The position numbers were made by a program, and so were the translations under genes. From NCBI GenBank assembly GCA_016700035.1, contig CP064998.1, forward strand, positions 857,551 to 916,044: 58,494 bases of DNA, read 5' to 3'. The notes beneath the pieces were generated by a model. It was not told where the DNA came from and ran no database searches. It saw only the letters and a program-made list of their open reading frames with translations. Source of the stretch: a bacterium (lineage in GTDB: Bacteria; Patescibacteriota; Saccharimonadia; CAILAD01; GCA-016700035). This document shows, piece after piece, positions 55,348 through 58,494 of the stretch. The number at the start of each line of letters is the position of its first letter. The first letter of the stretch is position 1.

Positions 55348-58300
55348 TTATTTTCCATTAATTGACCAGTGCCAAGATTCGGATGGTAGATTTTTAAAAC
55401 CATAACGGCCAGCGTTTGAGGATAGCCACCTAAACTGTGCAGAGCCCGATCTAATCGACGATCCATTAACATTAAAGTCGATTGCTTCACCGTTTTCGTG
55501 GTTTGATTGACCGGGCCTTGCAGTTGGTGTTGCACAGGTGCTTGAAGAGCTATTGTAGGTGTCGGGGCAGCCATTCTTACCTCGAAGCTCCACTTGTTTA
55601 TCGAAAGTTCGATAGCCCCACCCACTTATATTTATTCCAGCTGCCTGCATGTCATTTAGCATGGCGTTGAGGGAATTTGCTACCGATACATTAACCGTTA
55701 TGTCATGCACCGTACAAAGTCTTAAGCGATGCATTAAAACCCTTCCAACACCGTATTTTTCCCCAATTCCAGCATCAGTAGTACCGGGAGGGCATTGTTG
55801 AGCTGAGGTGTCACCACTGGGGTTGGTTGGTGTTTGAGTAGATGTAGTTTCTACTGGATTACTAGTGGTAGCACCCTCTGGTGCGCTAAAGTTGGGATCT
55901 TCCTTGTTGGGATTAGACAAATAAACTAAAGCATCAGCCTGAAGCATATGGAAGTGATAGGCGCGGTAGCGTAGAGGTAAACTATTAAGATCACGAGATG
56001 CGGTGCTGTCTAGGAGTGGTGTACAGACATTTTTATATAAGTCCACTTTATCCGGCGGTGGATTTAAGAGATGGAATCGGCTTGGTATAAACTCTTGAAA
56101 ACATTTATCATATTCAGCTAATTCAGCAGCTAAAATAGCATTATTTTTTTTAATATTTTCGATGTAGCGAGCATTTTCCATAGGATTAATTTGATTAAAA
56201 ATTTCTGGAATACCAGCTGGATCGAGCTTTAGATTGGTTGAGTCGTAAACTGTACTGGCTGAAGCCACCCTACTATTACCAGTTATAAAGGCAGTGAGAG
56301 TACCACTTTCGCCGGCAGCATTTCTTATGGGGCTAATAATAGAGGCAATTGTAGAGGTGACATTACCCGGAATATTTTGTGGCTTATCAAGAGAGGCAAC
56401 CGCTAGTCGACTAGCAAAAGATCCTGGGTTATCTAAGTTAAAGAAGCGCCAAGCCAAGCCCTTGGTTTTATCATCGTAATATCTGGCAACTCGTACTGAT
56501 TCATCGCGGGTTAGAGCTTCGTTTTGAGTTAGGAAATTGCCACCCATCGCTAGAGTAAAAGCATTTGTATAGGCTTTCATACCAAAATTCATACGATTAA
56601 AGTTTTGTGGGCCGTCTTCTGTGCCAGCAGTCGCAACGTTTGATTCAATTCGGATAAGTCTAAAGCGTAAATCTTCGTAGGTGAGATCCTTGTAAATTTG
56701 ACTAATCGACTTACTCTTTGATGGGTTGGAATAAAAATCGATACCAGCAATAGCTTTTTTAAAGGCGGGATATACATTTTGGTAGAATGCATTAATGGTT
56801 GCGTCTCGCTGAGGGTCGTTTGCGCTGGTGTTGTCAAAATCACCAGTATCGCGAGCGGCATCACACGGTGACGCATCCCCACCTTGAGTAACGTATGTAA
56901 AGATTAGGTTGAGAGCATCTTGAAATTGTTTTTCTTGCTGAATTGCTGGGAAATCATCAGCTTGCTTGTTGTAGTAACCAACGATGCGCGATATAGCATC
57001 TGGCTCTAGGGCTACTCCAGTTTTTCGATAATCTAGCGTGTAGTTATATTCCTGGCCTTCCTGCATACCAGCTATCTTGTAAAAGTCTCCACCCAACTCT
57101 TTTAGGTCAATAAAACGCTTTTGATGAGTATCGGCATAAGTCATGGCTTGCCAGCCAGCCACGGCAGCCGAATTTATGCGATCCTTCACTTTTTGGCGAT
57201 ACTTATCAACAGCTGGGGCATACTCACTATCTGGAGCAAGAAGGTTATAGTAGAGATCGCAGACTATATTGAGAGAGGCTCGCTTGGGTTTTATGGACAT
57301 CGTTGGATCAGGGTCATTTAAGAGGCTTTCTGGTGGGCTTGTAGTGTAGAGTAAGATATCTTTTGGGTTAATTCCGCACGATAAATCGTGATTCATCTTG
57401 TCTATATCTTTCTGGTAGTAAACATCGCCTTTTGGCACATACATATCAGCACACTCAATAATTTTCGCATCATATTTAGATATTAAGCTTGCATCTTTAT
57501 ATTTTTGAACAGAGCGAGTGTTTGCAAAGAATTGCAAGACCTCTGCATCATTTGCGTCTACTTCCTCTTGTGAGGATTGGATTGGCTGACTAATGGCTTG
57601 CCCTCTATTCCAGATGCGAGTAAGTGTTTTATTACGTAGGGTGTCGCCAAATTCATCGCCAGGTTCCTTAAGTGTGGGGGAGTCTTGAGGCTCAGCATAA
57701 GCATAGCGAACATTAAGGTTTTTATTTACACCATCCCTCACAAACTGAGAGCGCATCATGGTGTTCCAGATTGGGTAATTATTATTTATACAATTTGCTC
57801 GAGCTACACCTGTTAGCTCTTTGCCAGGATTTGTTTTGAGCTGAATGGATTCAACTACCGATCGTTCTTTACCATCTAGTACGGATACTACTTTTTTGGT
57901 TTTAATGACACATCGATTATCAATTGGAAGGGTCTGATATTTGGCTTTCTCCCAGTCTATTTGTGATAACTTGTATTCATATGTCCCCTCTTCTGGGTGG
58001 GTTGCACCACCATGTGCAGCAACTGCAGTATTGCTACCAACCTCAACTTCATAGGCCATTTTTGATGCCCCACCATTTTCTATAACTAGCGCCTGAACGG
58101 CACCGACGAATGTTTTAAAATTAGTAAAAGATAGCTTTAGCATCTGGGCTGGGTGCTTCCATGCAAAAAATATGATCAATGCAAATACAGCAATTGGAAC
58201 AAGAGCCAGGAGTGGTGCCAGAAGCAATGCGTAGGCAATATACTGGTCTTTTATATTGATACCAACCTTACGTAGAGCAGCTTGTGTGCCACGAATTGCC

Positions 58301-58494
58301 GTAGTGATAGCCGTACCAATACCAGTTTTTGAGACAACTGCTTCAGTGGCTTTTAGGCCAGCGGCAGCGGCTGCTGCCCCAGCACCGTCTTGATCTTTAA
58401 TATTTTTTATTTCTCTTGCGTCACCAACTGCATTAAGGCCGCGGCCGACCGATCCAAGAGCCGCCTTACCGACAGACTTACTAGCGGCGTTGGT
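55348..58494 (-). CDS. large membrane protein with C-terminal VanY/M15B-type D,D-peptidase domain; N-terminus beyond the window edge
   Basis: The frame stays open from the track start (TTG at 58227) up to position 58494 (TNAASKSVGKAALGSVGRGLNAVGD...). One TM (LLLAPLLALVPIAVFALIIFFAW), ~800 aa with no recognised domain, then M15 motifs GQSNHENGEAIDF and SESWHWS. Confidence 0.75.
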   Translation of the reverse strand, partial: TNAASKSVGKAALGSVGRGLNAVGDAREIKNIKDQDGAGAAAAAAGLKATEAVVSKTGIGTAITTAIRGTQAALRKVGINIKDQYIAYALLLAPLLALVPIAVFALIIFFAWKHPAQMLKLSFTNFKTFVGAVQALVIENGGASKMAYEVEVGSNTAVAAHGGATHPEEGTYEYKLSQIDWEKAKYQTLPIDNRCVIKTKKVVSVLDGKERSVVESIQLKTNPGKELTGVARANCINNNYPIWNTMMRSQFVRDGVNKNLNVRYAYAEPQDSPTLKEPGDEFGDTLRNKTLTRIWNRGQAISQPIQSSQEEVDANDAEVLQFFANTRSVQKYKDASLISKYDAKIIECADMYVPKGDVYYQKDIDKMNHDLSCGINPKDILLYTTSPPESLLNDPDPTMSIKPKRASLNIVCDLYYNLLAPDSEYAPAVDKYRQKVKDRINSAAVAGWQAMTYADTHQKRFIDLKELGGDFYKIAGMQEGQEYNYTLDYRKTGVALEPDAISRIVGYYNKQADDFPAIQQEKQFQDALNLIFTYVTQGGDASPCDAARDTGDFDNTSANDPQRDATINAFYQNVYPAFKKAIAGIDFYSNPSKSKSISQIYKDLTYEDLRFRLIRIESNVATAGTEDGPQNFNRMNFGMKAYTNAFTLAMGGNFLTQNEALTRDESVRVARYYDDKTKGLAWRFFNLDNPGSFASRLAVASLDKPQNIPGNVTSTIASIISPIRNAAGESGTLTAFITGNSRVASASTVYDSTNLKLDPAGIPEIFNQINPMENARYIENIKKNNAILAAELAEYDKCFQEFIPSRFHLLNPPPDKVDLYKNVCTPLLDSTASRDLNSLPLRYRAYHFHMLQADALVYLSNPNKEDPNFSAPEGATTSNPVETTSTQTPTNPSGDTSAQQCPPGTTDAGIGEKYGVGRVLMHRLRLCTVHDITVNVSVANSLNAMLNDMQAAGINISGWGYRTFDKQVELRGKNGCPDTYNSSSSTCATPTARPGQSNHENGEAIDFNVNGSSIRSGSAQFRWLSSNAGRYGFKNLPSESWHWSINGK

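Noticed and set aside
55347-55625. N-terminal extension of the 53445 ORF (track start at 55625, MGGAIELS...)
   Set aside because: It overlaps the M15 peptidase domain of the upstream gene by 278 nt in another frame. A signal-peptide-bearing start (MIKVSNHLL) lies at 55346, right after the upstream stop.
1-58494. Alternative genetic code (UGA recoding as in Gracilibacteria/Absconditabacteria), or TAG recoding suggested by the DoxX in-frame TAG
   Set aside because: recF ends at a TGA and rpmH, yidC, rnpA and the APC permease end at TAG, all at family-typical lengths. Long ORFs, including the 12-kb one, are intact under code 11. A single in-frame TAG is more simply a mutation or an error.

Overview
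This 58.5-kb chromosomal window spans the replication origin of a small-genome, monoderm-type bacterium. The gene content (sortase with an LAxTG substrate, VanW, LGFP/NlpC-P60, many peptidoglycan hydrolases, little metabolism, several decayed genes) fits best with Patescibacteria/CPR, Saccharibacteria-like. That taxonomic call is inference only. The standard code 11 applies: TGA, TAG and TAA all terminate recognisable genes.

Layout:
- 1-21.8 kb: transporters (ABC-2, MFS, APC), envelope and membrane proteins, a TreT-like trehalose synthase, a PIF1-like helicase, and a sortase next to an Asp-box repeat surface protein whose frame is broken at two sequence anomalies.
- 22.0-34.0 kb: a single 11,988-nt ORF (3,995 aa). 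It encodes a very large extracytoplasmic array (GGLxG/GLUG-like beta-helix repeats, 6 FN3 domains, 2 NHL-type propellers) fused through a Pro/Ser/Thr linker and TM helices to a histidine-kinase core. No response regulator lies in the window.
- 34.1-40.4 kb: a divergent NHL-protein/Crp-regulator cassette present twice with reciprocal decay. The two copies share a conserved TGTAG-N6-CTACA palindrome and flank four ordinary genes.
- 40.5-40.8 kb: a tRNA-Asn(GUU) split by a 234-nt group I intron, followed by an 18-nt duplicate of the tRNA 3' end.
- 40.9-46.3 kb: envelope glycan and peptidoglycan enzymes.
- 46.3-52.6 kb: jag-yidC-yidD-rnpA-rpmH divergent from dnaA-dnaN-recF-DUF721, with two DnaA-box clusters.
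- 52.6-58.5 kb: a pair of large multi-domain cell-wall hydrolase genes; the last one runs off the window.

No rRNA, CRISPR array, transposase or integrase was seen.
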